NCBI GenBank assembly: GCA_027083345.1
Contig: JALWOZ010000030.1
Location: forward strand, 977-64,976
DNA: 64,000 bases
Origin: Candidatus Kaiserbacteria bacterium
GTDB lineage: Bacteria; Patescibacteriota; Minisyncoccia; Phycocordibacterales; UBA2100
Reading direction: 5' to 3'
Shown here: one piece after another, positions 20,413 through 30,608 of the stretch
Numbering within the stretch: the stretch's first letter is position 1
How the letters are laid out: every line of letters starts with the position of its first letter
Program-made: the position numbers and the translations under genes
The notes under the pieces: generated by a model
What the model saw: only the letters and a program-made list of their open reading frames with translations
Told to the model about the DNA's origin: nothing
The model's database searches: none

Positions 20413-20454
20413 AAAACAGTCAGTTAGTATCTTACATGCTGGCTGTTTTCTTTT
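20413..20454 (+). terminator. Intrinsic terminator-like hairpin between the small ORF and convergent alaS
   Basis: aaacagtcag...ctggctgttttctttt. Confidence 0.55.
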
Positions 20455-20456
20455 GC

Positions 20457-22283
20457 CTACTCTTCTACAAACACAGCTTTTATCCTTCTTACGCCCGCAC
20501 TACTGCTACTCTCTTTTTTGATCTCAAATTTGCCAAATTTACTAATATCTTTAGTATTCTCTACATGTGGGCCACCACAAAGCTCTCTTGAGTACACATT
20601 ACCCTCTGAGTCTACAATCTTATAAACAGTTACAATATCTGGATACTTCTCCCAAAAAGCACCTGTAGCACCGCTTTCTCTAGCCTCTTCTTTAGGCATC
20701 TCTTCTATCTCTACTTTTGCGCCAGCCTGTATTGCACCATTTACAAAATCCTCTACTTTATCTAATACATCTCTCTCTACCTTAGAATCATGAGTAAAGT
20801 CAAAGCGCGCGCGCTCGGCAGTAATGTTACTACCTTTTTGTGTAACATGCTCTCCAAGCTCTTTACGCAAGCCTGCCAGCATAAGGTGTGTAGCTGTGTG
20901 AAAGGCTGTTGTCTTCTCTGAGTGGTCTGCCAAGCCTCCCTTAAACTTCTGCTCTGCTCCAACTCTACTTTGCTCTTTATGCTTATCCATCTCAACTTTA
21001 AAAGCTTTGACGTCTACACTCAAACCCTCCTCATATGCAAGCTCTTGCGTAAGCTCTATAGGGAAGCCGTATGTAGTAAAGAGCACATAAGCATCATGCC
21101 CTGAGACTTCTTTGATCCCTTTTGTCTTCATCTTATTAAACTCCTTTAAGCCCCTCTCAAGAGTCTTCCTAAATTGCTCCTCCTCTGCGAGCACCACAGT
21201 ATTATCTGAGAGCTCACCGGCAGGTACTCCAAGCTTATCTGCGTGTATTATACTTCTGCGAATTAAACGTCTTACAAAGTACCCCTGTTCAGTATTACTT
21301 GGCAATATGTTCTCTGCTATCATTGTCTCAGCTGCGCGAATATGGTCTGCAATGATACGAAAAGACTCCTTATGCTCATCATCTTCATAACTTTTACCTG
21401 ACTTCTCCTCAAGAGGCTTAATAATGTTCTGGAATACGTCTATAGTAAAAACATCTGCACTGTTGTGTACTGCAGCGGTTAATCTCTCTAAACCTCCTCC
21501 ATAATCAATGTTTTTATTCTCTAGCTCAACAAAACTACCATCCTCTAGCTTTTTATACTGCATAAAAACATTATTACCTATCTCTATAAAGCGCCCACAA
21601 TCACAATTAGGATGGCAGTACTCACCAAACACCGGATCATGCTCAACATCTGGAAACTCATAAAACATCTCAGAGTCAGGGCCACCAGGTTCACCAGCAG
21701 GCATATTTGCCGGAACACCGGCCCTGCTCCACCAATTCTTTTTACCATCATAATAAAAGATTCTCTCGCCTTCTCTTATACCTCTAACTCCACCATCACT
21801 CTCACTACCTATGTCAGCTATATCGGCATCTAGACCGACACCATTAAACAACTCTTGCCAAACTCTTGGAGCTTCCTCATCTTTTGGTATGCCGGCCTGA
21901 TCATCGCCACCAAAACATGTTATATACAATCTAGAAGGGTCTAACATAATCTCTTTAGTCAAAAACTCCCACATCCAGCGTATTTGTTCTTCTTTAAAAT
22001 AGTCACCAAAAGACCAGTTACCAAGCATCTCAAAGTGAGTGGTGTGTCTGTTATCTCCCACATCTTCAATATCATCTGCTCTAAAGCACTTTTGAGAATC
22101 TGTAATCCTAGTACCTTGCGGATGCTTAGCCCCTAATAAGTATTGTATCATCGGCTGCATACCAGAACCCGTAAAGAGAGTTGTTGGGTCGTTCTCTGGC
22201 ACTAAAGGACTACTTGGCACTATTGTATGCCCCTTACTCTCCATAAACTTTAAGTACTTCTCTCTTACTTCTGCTGTCTTCAT
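20457..22283 (-). CDS. alaS: Alanine--tRNA ligase (short; ends after editing domain)
   Basis: DPTTLFTGSGMQP, FEMLGNWSFGDYFK, EIGNNVFMQY, HTATHL, ELCGGPHV, GVRRI. Confidence 0.97.
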   Translation of the reverse strand: MKTAEVREKYLKFMESKGHTIVPSSPLVPENDPTTLFTGSGMQPMIQYLLGAKHPQGTRITDSQKCFRADDIEDVGDNRHTTHFEMLGNWSFGDYFKEEQIRWMWEFLTKEIMLDPSRLYITCFGGDDQAGIPKDEEAPRVWQELFNGVGLDADIADIGSESDGGVRGIREGERIFYYDGKKNWWSRAGVPANMPAGEPGGPDSEMFYEFPDVEHDPVFGEYCHPNCDCGRFIEIGNNVFMQYKKLEDGSFVELENKNIDYGGGLERLTAAVHNSADVFTIDVFQNIIKPLEEKSGKSYEDDEHKESFRIIADHIRAAETMIAENILPSNTEQGYFVRRLIRRSIIHADKLGVPAGELSDNTVVLAEEEQFRKTLERGLKEFNKMKTKGIKEVSGHDAYVLFTTYGFPIELTQELAYEEGLSVDVKAFKVEMDKHKEQSRVGAEQKFKGGLADHSEKTTAFHTATHLMLAGLRKELGEHVTQKGSNITAERARFDFTHDSKVERDVLDKVEDFVNGAIQAGAKVEIEEMPKEEARESGATGAFWEKYPDIVTVYKIVDSEGNVYSRELCGGPHVENTKDISKFGKFEIKKESSSSAGVRRIKAVFVEE

Positions 22284-22307
22284 AAAGTAGCTATATTATA
22301 CACAAAA

Positions 22308-23072
22308 TTAAACAGTAAGCACCTCTGCGCCTCTTTTGCCTATTATAACAGTGTGTTCAAACTGTGCCGAGTCACTACCATCCAAACTCTCATATGTGTA
22401 ACCGTCTGGCATTGCTTTAATACGGCCTTTACCAGCTATCAATATTGGCTCTATGGCTAGCACCATACCCTCTTTAAGCTCCTCACCCTCTCCTTTGCGA
22501 CCATAATTGGGTACAAACGGCTCCTCATGCACTCTCTGTCCCACACCATGCCCGCCGAGCTCGCGTGGCACAGAGTAACCGTACTTCTCCGCCACGAGCC
22601 CGACCGCGTGGCCGATATCTCCCACGGTGTTACCCGCCTTTGCCACCTTAAGTGCCTCTATGCGCGCCTCTTTAGCGGCATTTAACAGTCTCTGCCTACT
22701 CTCACTAAGCTCACCAACTCCTACTGTTAGGCAAGAGTCTACTATGAGCCCCTTATGATTAAGTAGACAATCTATAGACACCAAGTCGCCCTCCTGCAAT
22801 ACCTTCGGCACCTCATTGGGTATACCGTGCACTATCTCTTGATTCACAGACACGCACAGCGCTGCAGGGTATGGCCTTGGCGAGCCTGAGGGTGTGTAGC
22901 CAAGTGTGGCCGGCGTGTCTCCATACTCTGCTATGCGCCCTCGGGCCCTGTCCTCTAACTCTTGTGTGCTAACGCCAGGCTTAGACATCTCTCCAAGCTC
23001 GCGCAATAAAGCGCCGAGACGTCTACCACCCTCTCTAAGTACCTCCCTTTGTTCTTGCGTCTTTACTATCAT
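22308..23072 (-). CDS. map: Type I methionine aminopeptidase
   Basis: CVSVNQEIVHGIP, GHGVG..VHEEP, AIEP, AQFEHTV. Confidence 0.97.
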   Translation of the reverse strand: MIVKTQEQREVLREGGRRLGALLRELGEMSKPGVSTQELEDRARGRIAEYGDTPATLGYTPSGSPRPYPAALCVSVNQEIVHGIPNEVPKVLQEGDLVSIDCLLNHKGLIVDSCLTVGVGELSESRQRLLNAAKEARIEALKVAKAGNTVGDIGHAVGLVAEKYGYSVPRELGGHGVGQRVHEEPFVPNYGRKGEGEELKEGMVLAIEPILIAGKGRIKAMPDGYTYESLDGSDSAQFEHTVIIGKRGAEVLTV

Positions 23073-23115
23073 AACCACAGTATGCACTGAGTTAGTATAT
23101 TTGCAATATTATGCA

Positions 23116-23817
23116 CTACTCAGGCAACACAGTAGAGCCCACAGATTCATCTTTAAGCTTGCTTATATCTTGCATGCTCACAACTCTTATAGGTAGGTTA
23201 TTGTCTCTACACATAGCTATGGCAGCCGTATCTGCCACTTTTAAATCTTGTTCTATTACTTCTGACGCTGTTATAGAGTCTATCTTTGTTGCGCTTGGAT
23301 CCTCATCCGGGTCGGCAGTATACACTCCATCTACTCCGTCTTTAGCCATTATGAGAGTTCCACAATTAAGCTCCAGTGCCCTCTGCGCTGCTGTAGTGTC
23401 TGTGGTGAAGTATGGCATACCAGTACCCCCAGCAAACACAACAACACGACCCTTAGCCAAGTGCCTACGAGCCCTCTGAGGCATATAACCCTCACAGATC
23501 TGGGGCATAGCAATAGCAGAGCTCACTCGCACCACTAGCCCTTGCGACTCAAAGTAATCGCGTACCGCAAGGGCATTCTGCACTGTGGCAAGCATGCCGA
23601 TATAATCTCCGGTACTACGACGGATACCAACATTACCTGCAAGCTCTGCTCCACGAAAGAGATTACCCCCTCCAACAACAAGAGCCACCTCATAACCAGC
23701 ATCTTGCACCTCTTTTATTTGCTTTGCTGTGTCTTTAAGTACGCTCTCTGTGTACTTCTCTGTGCCATTACTCAGTGCTCCACCGCTTAATTTTATTAAA
23801 ATCTTATTATTATCCAT
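23116..23817 (-). CDS. pyrH: UMP kinase
   Basis: IKLSG, VVGGGNLFRG, GMLATVQN, GTGMPYFTTDT. Confidence 0.96.
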   Translation of the reverse strand: MDNNKILIKLSGGALSNGTEKYTESVLKDTAKQIKEVQDAGYEVALVVGGGNLFRGAELAGNVGIRRSTGDYIGMLATVQNALAVRDYFESQGLVVRVSSAIAMPQICEGYMPQRARRHLAKGRVVVFAGGTGMPYFTTDTTAAQRALELNCGTLIMAKDGVDGVYTADPDEDPSATKIDSITASEVIEQDLKVADTAAIAMCRDNNLPIRVVSMQDISKLKDESVGSTVLPE

Positions 23818-23844
23818 ATGTTTTAATTTTATCTACAATTAACA

Positions 23845-24447
23845 TTATATATTCAACTTATCTAGAATCTCTTTATGTATGTCCCCCACACTCTCTGCCC
23901 CATTTATATAATACACTTTAGCACCTAATGTCTTCATATACTCTATCGCGGGCAGTGTCTGCTCTGTAAACCATTTTAATCTATTCTTCATACTTATATC
24001 GTTATCATCCACTCTGCCCTCACCTCGTTCAATTGCCCGCTCTCTTGCCAACTCTTTATCTATCTCTAATACAAAAATAGTGTACTCTCTACCCAACCAA
24101 ACCAACATATCATGAAATAACTCTGCCTCTCTTATACTCCTTGCAGCACCGTCAAACACGACATTATGATGCGCTCCCACACTTTTAAGCAATATACCAC
24201 TCCACATATAAGAGGAGACTGCCTGTGGCACAAGATGCCCACTATCAATAGTCTCTTTTATTCGCATCGCTCCGCAAGTCCCAGCTTTTGTAGCATAATC
24301 TCTTAATAACTGACCAGTCTCTATAAAGTGAGTATTGTTTATCTCTTGCAATTTCTTTACTAACAATTTAGCTTGAGTACCTTTGCCCGCGCCACTCATA
24401 CCATAAAAGAGTACTGTCTTAGGGGTATCGCTTATATTATTAAACAT
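23845..24447 (-). CDS. adk: Adenylate kinase-family nucleoside monophosphate kinase
   Basis: GMSGAGKGTQA, TGQLLR, FDGAAR, GRVDD. Confidence 0.85.
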   Translation of the reverse strand: MFNNISDTPKTVLFYGMSGAGKGTQAKLLVKKLQEINNTHFIETGQLLRDYATKAGTCGAMRIKETIDSGHLVPQAVSSYMWSGILLKSVGAHHNVVFDGAARSIREAELFHDMLVWLGREYTIFVLEIDKELARERAIERGEGRVDDNDISMKNRLKWFTEQTLPAIEYMKTLGAKVYYINGAESVGDIHKEILDKLNI

Positions 24448-25009
24448 AGTCTTCTTTTTTTAAAATTAATATTATTTTGTCTACTGTCTCATTAAGTTTA
24501 CCATCCGGATTCTTAATCTTATAATCACTTATAAGCTCCAATTCCTCCAACTCTGCATCTACTAAATTCAAACGCTCGTCAAGCTCTACCTCAGACACTC
24601 CAGAGCGGTGGGTAATCCTGTTTTTTAAATCTTCTTTGGAGTTGGGAGTCAAGAGTATTACTATGGTATTAAAATGTTCTTTAAAATATTTTATACCTTC
24701 TGTTTGCATTTGAGCCACCAATACAGTATTACTATCTTTTTTACTATCTAAATCTGGCAAATATGTACCGTAGTATCTATCTGTCTCTTTTGCATGCCAA
24801 TACTCAGGGATACTACCCTCTGCAACTCTTTTTAAAAACTCCTGCTTTGTAATGAAATAATAATCCTCACCTTCTCTCTCACCTTCTCTCTTTTCACGAG
24901 TTGTTGCGGTTACCAACCTTGTACAACTTGCACATCTCTCTAATAATTTGCGTATTATTGTATTCTTCCCAGTACCACTAGGACCTGCAATAATCAAAAC
25001 TTTAAGCAT
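24440..25009 (-). CDS. gmk: Guanylate kinase
   Basis: AGPSGTGK, TTREKREGEREGEDYYF, YYGT. Confidence 0.92.
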   Translation of the reverse strand: MLKVLIIAGPSGTGKNTIIRKLLERCASCTRLVTATTREKREGEREGEDYYFITKQEFLKRVAEGSIPEYWHAKETDRYYGTYLPDLDSKKDSNTVLVAQMQTEGIKYFKEHFNTIVILLTPNSKEDLKNRITHRSGVSEVELDERLNLVDAELEELELISDYKIKNPDGKLNETVDKIILILKKEDYV

Positions 25010-25035
25010 ATTACAACATTAATTACTGCAGATAA

Positions 25036-25647
25036 TTATAGCACGGTACTAAAAAAGTAATACCACCACGCCACTACCTCTCGAAATATAAAGTAAGGTT
25101 CGCGAGAGTACCGAGCTGAAAGCCCATCAGAACCAGAACCCCTACCATACTTAGCAGAGTGTAATGAGAAGCCGTTTTTAGACAAGCCAGCTCTTTGGGC
25201 TAATAATCCTATCCTAGCTAAATGAAAGTCATTAGAAACAAGTATGTAAGATCTGGTAGGATCTAGATGATTTATTGTCGCCCTTGTGTCTACCCCATCT
25301 CTATCTAACTCAATCACATTAATAGGCACCTTCTCTTTAAGTAAAATATCTGTCATCATGTCTACCTCATGTGCCCCATATATAGAGTTAGCGCCAGATA
25401 AGACTATGCAATTCACTAGTCCATCTTTATATAAATCTGCCCCCGAGAGAGTTCTGTCTGTAAGAGCGTGGCTAGGTACCGGGCCATAATACCCTGGCCA
25501 AACTGCTGCTCCAAATACAACAGCGCAGTCTTTAGGCTCGTAAGCTTGATGCGAATAAAAAGAAAATATGTGTAATACAGTCAATACAAAGATAATAATC
25601 ACACCCACCCCAAACCAAAGAGCTTTTTTATATAAATATTTAATCAT
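25036..25647 (-). CDS. YdcF/DUF218 family protein
   Basis: N-terminal TM, AVVFGA, IVLSG, VSNDFHLAR, REV. Confidence 0.85.
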   Translation of the reverse strand: MIKYLYKKALWFGVGVIIIFVLTVLHIFSFYSHQAYEPKDCAVVFGAAVWPGYYGPVPSHALTDRTLSGADLYKDGLVNCIVLSGANSIYGAHEVDMMTDILLKEKVPINVIELDRDGVDTRATINHLDPTRSYILVSNDFHLARIGLLAQRAGLSKNGFSLHSAKYGRGSGSDGLSARYSREPYFIFREVVAWWYYFFSTVL

Positions 25648-25672
25648 AATACAAGACTACAACATTGTAACC

Positions 25673-27199
25673 TCAAATACCAGACACCCAACGTCGCAAG
25701 CGAGTATATACGGTGTCTTTCTTAAGTATTGGGACGCTCATTTGCAATGCCTCTGTCTTACCCATAGAAGTCTCAGCTATCACATTGCCATATTGGTTGA
25801 GTATAAAAGCAGGAGCCTTATTGGTTGATTGTACAAACCACCTACCACTCTCCACCGCACGAACCTTAGCTATACGTTGCATTTGCATATATACAACCGG
25901 AGAACTGTGGAACCAACTCAAAGAAGAAATATTAATCAGTAATTTAGAACCTTTTAATACATCATCATTGTAGAGAATTGGGCTCATTGCCTCTCCACAA
26001 AATCTGGTAGACACCATCGCTCCACCCACCTGACCGATTACGGAGGCATCACCAGGTACATAATCTCGCACACTTTGCACTACGTCAACGAGACGTCCAA
26101 ACCCAAATATGCGCATTAATGCTATATACACATTTGGTAAATACTCCCCAAGAGGTAATAGAAATTGCTTATAGCCCTCAGTAATATCTTTGCCGTCTTT
26201 ATAATATGCAACTCGAGACAAAGATCGTCCATCCTTATTATACACCTTACTTGAATCTACTATGACGGGTGAGCGCCCGTTTACACCAATACTCTTCAGC
26301 TCGTCTATCATACTAATGTTTAGGGTATCTACAGACTTAAAAAAGGCTGTCTCCTCTGGCAGTATAAGTAAATCTACATTGCGTAATGACTTTATAGTAT
26401 TATATATCTCATCAATATACTTCTTTTCTGTTTCTTGAGTTATGTAAAGCATTGGGGGTCTCTGGCGACTCACTACCGCTAAAGACACTCTTTGCTGTCC
26501 CTCATATGAGGTACTCAATATCTTACCTCCGGCAATTAACATATGAATTACTAACCAGATGGACACACACATAACAAAGACTATACGATATATCTTTTTT
26601 CTGTAAGCTTTTGTATATATACACTTATATATAAGTACACCAAAAAACACTGCAATAAAACTTAGCGCAAAAACTCCTCCAATAGAAGATATTTGTAATA
26701 AAACTTTATCATCAGCAATTAAATAACCAATCCACCCTAAAGAAAAATGTGGGCCAAAATACGACCCAGATCCAAACCAAAACACATAAGACAATAAAGC
26801 GCCAACAAATTCTGACACGACCCAAATAATTGGCAATACTATCAAGTCTCTCCATGAGTCTGTATAAAATAAGTTAAATAAAAACCCAGCAAAGACGAAT
26901 CCTATAGATGCAACTCCTGCAGAAATAACCAAGCTTATACCTACTAACAACATCTGTACAATATCATTTGTGATGCCATACCAATCAAGAGGTAATACAC
27001 TCAAAAATATAGCACCAAGAGCAAAGAGCCACGAGATAATACCAACCACAAAAGATGAGAGGACGACTCTCCTCCTACTCTCTGCCTTTACAACAATTCC
27101 AACAAATATTGCGATACCAATAAAAGATATAGGCCACAGACAAGGAACAACAAAGCCTATGCCCACAGCGAGACCGGAGGCAACTGAGCGTAAAAACAT
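25673..27199 (-). CDS. lnt: Apolipoprotein N-acyltransferase
   Basis: TM domain plus nitrilase-fold triad motifs LPEE, YKQFLLPLGEY, FCGE; RAVESGR. Confidence 0.8.
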   Translation of the reverse strand: MFLRSVASGLAVGIGFVVPCLWPISFIGIAIFVGIVVKAESRRRVVLSSFVVGIISWLFALGAIFLSVLPLDWYGITNDIVQMLLVGISLVISAGVASIGFVFAGFLFNLFYTDSWRDLIVLPIIWVVSEFVGALLSYVFWFGSGSYFGPHFSLGWIGYLIADDKVLLQISSIGGVFALSFIAVFFGVLIYKCIYTKAYRKKIYRIVFVMCVSIWLVIHMLIAGGKILSTSYEGQQRVSLAVVSRQRPPMLYITQETEKKYIDEIYNTIKSLRNVDLLILPEETAFFKSVDTLNISMIDELKSIGVNGRSPVIVDSSKVYNKDGRSLSRVAYYKDGKDITEGYKQFLLPLGEYLPNVYIALMRIFGFGRLVDVVQSVRDYVPGDASVIGQVGGAMVSTRFCGEAMSPILYNDDVLKGSKLLINISSLSWFHSSPVVYMQMQRIAKVRAVESGRWFVQSTNKAPAFILNQYGNVIAETSMGKTEALQMSVPILKKDTVYTRLRRWVSGI

Positions 27200-27214
27200 A
27201 ATATTTTAGTAATA

Positions 27215-27628
27215 TTATTTACCCACACTGGCATTTGAACACTTCCATGTGGTACCATCCCATTGCAGATACCTGTTTGTGCCAATACAAGTTGGAGGCT
27301 TAGATATATTCTTTATATTATTTACATAATCATCTACATAGCCTTTAGTAGCTACGTGACTTCTATCTGTCGGTGTAACAGTTGAAATATGCCCTGTACC
27401 ATCATTGATCACATGCTCAACATTAGTTATTCTTGTTGTCATCGATGTAATATTCTCCCTTAAATAGTCTAGGCTCTTTTTAATTTTGCTAGCATCAATT
27501 TTTGCCCCATTTTGAATCCAGCCTGTATCTTGCCAAGTTACTGTAGCATAAGTAATTCCACTCACTAAGGTAAGACCAATCAACAACGATAATGCTACCA
27601 TTGTTATGTTATTTTTAATTTTGCTCAT
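27215..27628 (-). CDS. Small secreted protein with fibre-like motifs
   Basis: Signal peptide; PTDRSHVATKGYVD; C...LQWDGTTWKC. Confidence 0.7.
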   Translation of the reverse strand: MSKIKNNITMVALSLLIGLTLVSGITYATVTWQDTGWIQNGAKIDASKIKKSLDYLRENITSMTTRITNVEHVINDGTGHISTVTPTDRSHVATKGYVDDYVNNIKNISKPPTCIGTNRYLQWDGTTWKCSNASVGK

Positions 27629-27667
27629 ACTTTATAATATTAATTTTATAATATCCTCTTTTACATA

Positions 27668-29593
27668 CTAAAATTCTTGCCACTCAGGGACCTCAGTAAC
27701 AACAACCGAGTCAGACACGGTAGAACCTCCTAAATCGGTGCAAGTTAATACATATTTAGTTGACCCACTTAATGTAGAGGTAGTCTGTTGAGATGTTGTC
27801 CTTACAGTGTCCCAACTCCAAGAGTCTTTTAGGGTATTAGTAGCCACATCTCTACCCTCTACACTACATGTAGCCACATTAGTAAGAGACCATTTTATAG
27901 TAGTCTTATTAGTTGATGGTAAAAACGCAGGCTCTGAAGTTATTTTTAAACCTCCACTGGTGCCACCGTCATAAGTACAATGCGTACACGGCTGTACACA
28001 TTGTATAGTATTAGATATAGCAGAAGACCCTGTACCCCAAGGAGAAGTATTAGAGCTTGAATCTGTGGCTCTAGCTTTAACAGTAGTGTCCACACTACTG
28101 CAAGAATTAAATGTATATGTAGCAGACACAGGAGTACCAGAGTTAGCACACCCCACACTACCGCTAGAGCTATTTGGCCACTGAGCCTCGTAGCATATTT
28201 GTCCATTGTCTGTATCTGTACTAACTATACCTACAGAACATGCTACACCTATGGTGCAATTACCGCCTATGGTAGGCGTGGTTGGAGGTGTATTCTGCAC
28301 TACGGTAAACGGTATACTAAACACACAATCCGTAGTACCAAAAAGACCTGAGCTAAATGAAGACCCTCCAAATACACCTCCACACAAATTTGGAGAACTA
28401 AAATTAAGAGTATAAGACCCCGGGGTAGTTATTTTAGGCAAAGATACATGATACACCGTATTAGTATCTGAAGCCGATACGATAGTTGTCCACGATCCTG
28501 AGTCCACTCTAGCATCTACCGACCCACCTGAGGGCTTAGCATTAGGTAGTTGAGTATTTTGAAATAAGAGAGTAAAAGAAATGTAGTCAGTACTCTGATA
28601 TGTAGACTTGTCGAGTGTTACCACAAATTGCTCATTACCAGAGTCTCTAGAGAAACCGTTAAAAACTTCCGCAGAAGAGTCAGTGTCTATCAAAGTTACA
28701 GATGCCATAGCCACCCCAGCAATAGCAAAACTAAAACTAGCAAAAATTATTAGAGTAGACTTTGGGCGTCGTAAAGCTAAGTATAGTAACCCTACAAACA
28801 ACAAAATAGGAGACAAAATTATAACCAGAGTAAATAAAGGAGAGGTACTTGTAGTATTATTACCTTTATCAATTACAATATTTGTCGCAATATCTTTTTT
28901 AGAACCCCTACCGGTAATACTCAACACAATACTTCTATATATTGCTTTATCTCCTACCCATAATTTATAAGTATAGTCTCCGTCATACAAATCTTTTGTA
29001 TCTATATTTAATGCGATTTTATTATCTTTAACCTCAACAGACTTAAAGATACCTTCTTTAATAGGGTCTGTATACATTGAGCCTTTATACACAATATAAT
29101 GTACGTCTAAGTTACTTTTCTTTTTGTTAACGTTAAGTAAATTGCAGGTTATGGTGTTTGTATTAAGTTGACACGCATTAAGCATAGTAGGTAGGTTTAC
29201 CTTTTTATTATTACTATCCTGTATCTTTATACTATCTATATACTTAAGCGCCTCTACCAGCCCATTACTGTCCCTAATAATCACAAATACATCTTGATTA
29301 CCACCGATAGTAATAGGTAGGTGCACCTTAGCATACTCAACCTTAGACTCTCCTGTACTTAAAACAACCTCGCCTATAGGGTCCTCATATAAATCATCAC
29401 CATCTTTAGACTGTACTCTAACTCCATATCTAATATTAGAAGTGCTATGCAATTTGTTTTTAAGAGAAAAAGTTATCTTTAAATCACGACCCTCTTGAGT
29501 TAGCGACGTGTTTTTTATATTCACCCCGCCACTGGCTATAGACACTGAGGGTATTAAAATACCAAATAAAAATAGCCCTAACATCTTCTTCAT
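27668..29593 (-). CDS. Secreted/membrane beta-rich protein with internal TM pair and Cys-rich Ig-like C-terminal half
   Basis: Signal peptide; two central hydrophobic segments; Ser/Thr/Cys-rich C-terminus. Confidence 0.75.
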   Translation of the reverse strand: MKKMLGLFLFGILIPSVSIASGGVNIKNTSLTQEGRDLKITFSLKNKLHSTSNIRYGVRVQSKDGDDLYEDPIGEVVLSTGESKVEYAKVHLPITIGGNQDVFVIIRDSNGLVEALKYIDSIKIQDSNNKKVNLPTMLNACQLNTNTITCNLLNVNKKKSNLDVHYIVYKGSMYTDPIKEGIFKSVEVKDNKIALNIDTKDLYDGDYTYKLWVGDKAIYRSIVLSITGRGSKKDIATNIVIDKGNNTTSTSPLFTLVIILSPILLFVGLLYLALRRPKSTLIIFASFSFAIAGVAMASVTLIDTDSSAEVFNGFSRDSGNEQFVVTLDKSTYQSTDYISFTLLFQNTQLPNAKPSGGSVDARVDSGSWTTIVSASDTNTVYHVSLPKITTPGSYTLNFSSPNLCGGVFGGSSFSSGLFGTTDCVFSIPFTVVQNTPPTTPTIGGNCTIGVACSVGIVSTDTDNGQICYEAQWPNSSSGSVGCANSGTPVSATYTFNSCSSVDTTVKARATDSSSNTSPWGTGSSAISNTIQCVQPCTHCTYDGGTSGGLKITSEPAFLPSTNKTTIKWSLTNVATCSVEGRDVATNTLKDSWSWDTVRTTSQQTTSTLSGSTKYVLTCTDLGGSTVSDSVVVTEVPEWQEF

Positions 29594-29659
29594 TAAGGGT
29601 ATTTTAACACACAATCTTTTACAACTCTTACTTATTGTTGATAATTAATTGAGTACTCT

Positions 29660-29769
29660 ATGTTGGCGCTTACCTACTCTCCCCTTTACGAGTACCATCG
29701 GTGTTACTGTGCTTAACTGCCGGGTTCGGAATGTAGCCGGGTGTACCCACAGCACCAAAGCACCAACAT
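29660..29769 (-). rRNA. rrf: 5S rRNA
   Basis: Reverse complement has CCGAAC, CGATGGTA, GAGAGTAGG; terminal stem atgttgg/ccaacat. Confidence 0.93.
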
Positions 29770-30016
29770 ACAAAACTCAATTAATTCCTCTAACTAACAA
29801 AAGAACAAGTATTAACAACTAAATACAATAAAGAAGAACCAATGACCAACCAATAATTTGGCAAAATATAAACCTAAAATCTAGTGATTCACAAAGCTCC
29901 CCATAGATGCCCTTCGACGAATTAGTACACCTCAGCTGAGTACCTTGCAGTACTTACACTTGGTGCCTATCAACGTAATCATCTCTTACGGGTCTCAAAT
30001 GATACCTAATCTTGAA

Positions 30017-30053
<37 letters not shown>

Positions 30054-30111
30054 TGCCCGACATAGCTACTCGGCAGTGCTTCTGGCGAAACAGCCGATAG
30101 ACCAGAGGTCA

Positions 30112-30144
<33 letters not shown>

Positions 30145-30193
30145 CTTCTCAAGTATCGACGCCTGCAGCAGATTATGACCAACCTGTCTCACG

Positions 30194-30608
30194 CTATGTT
30201 GTGGTCTATGCATTTGGACTATATCTTCATCCTTCATAGCTTTATACGAAGTAGGATGGTCTGCGTTTAGTCTCTACGGGGATTTCAAAGTTTAAAAGGA
30301 GGCCTGATTTATAATAAAATCAGGCGGGGGCGGGGGCTTCTCTCACCTTTCAGCTTAGGCACCCCTAACACTTAACCGGATTCGAACCGGATACAGCCAA
30401 CTCTAAGTGCTTCCCCTTTTAAACTTTGAAATCTTCCCTCGGTATTATCCTAACATCTGACGGGTTGTTATACAACCACATTATTCAGTTAGAGTTCCAC
30501 CGATATAGCAAACTTGAACACTACAATATTACTATTGTAGGCCGCCGTGATTTATGTCTTTAACCTCGTGGATTCAGACTGTTTAAAATACGATTATTCA
30601 TATTCTAA
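30194..30608 (-). ncRNA. Group I intron at 23S position L2593 (E. coli numbering), no homing endonuclease ORF
   Basis: Interrupts CAGACCGU^CGUGAGAC; preceded by U, ends in G; core elements AATACCGAGGG, CCGTAGAGACTA, AAGATATAGTCC. Confidence 0.9.
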
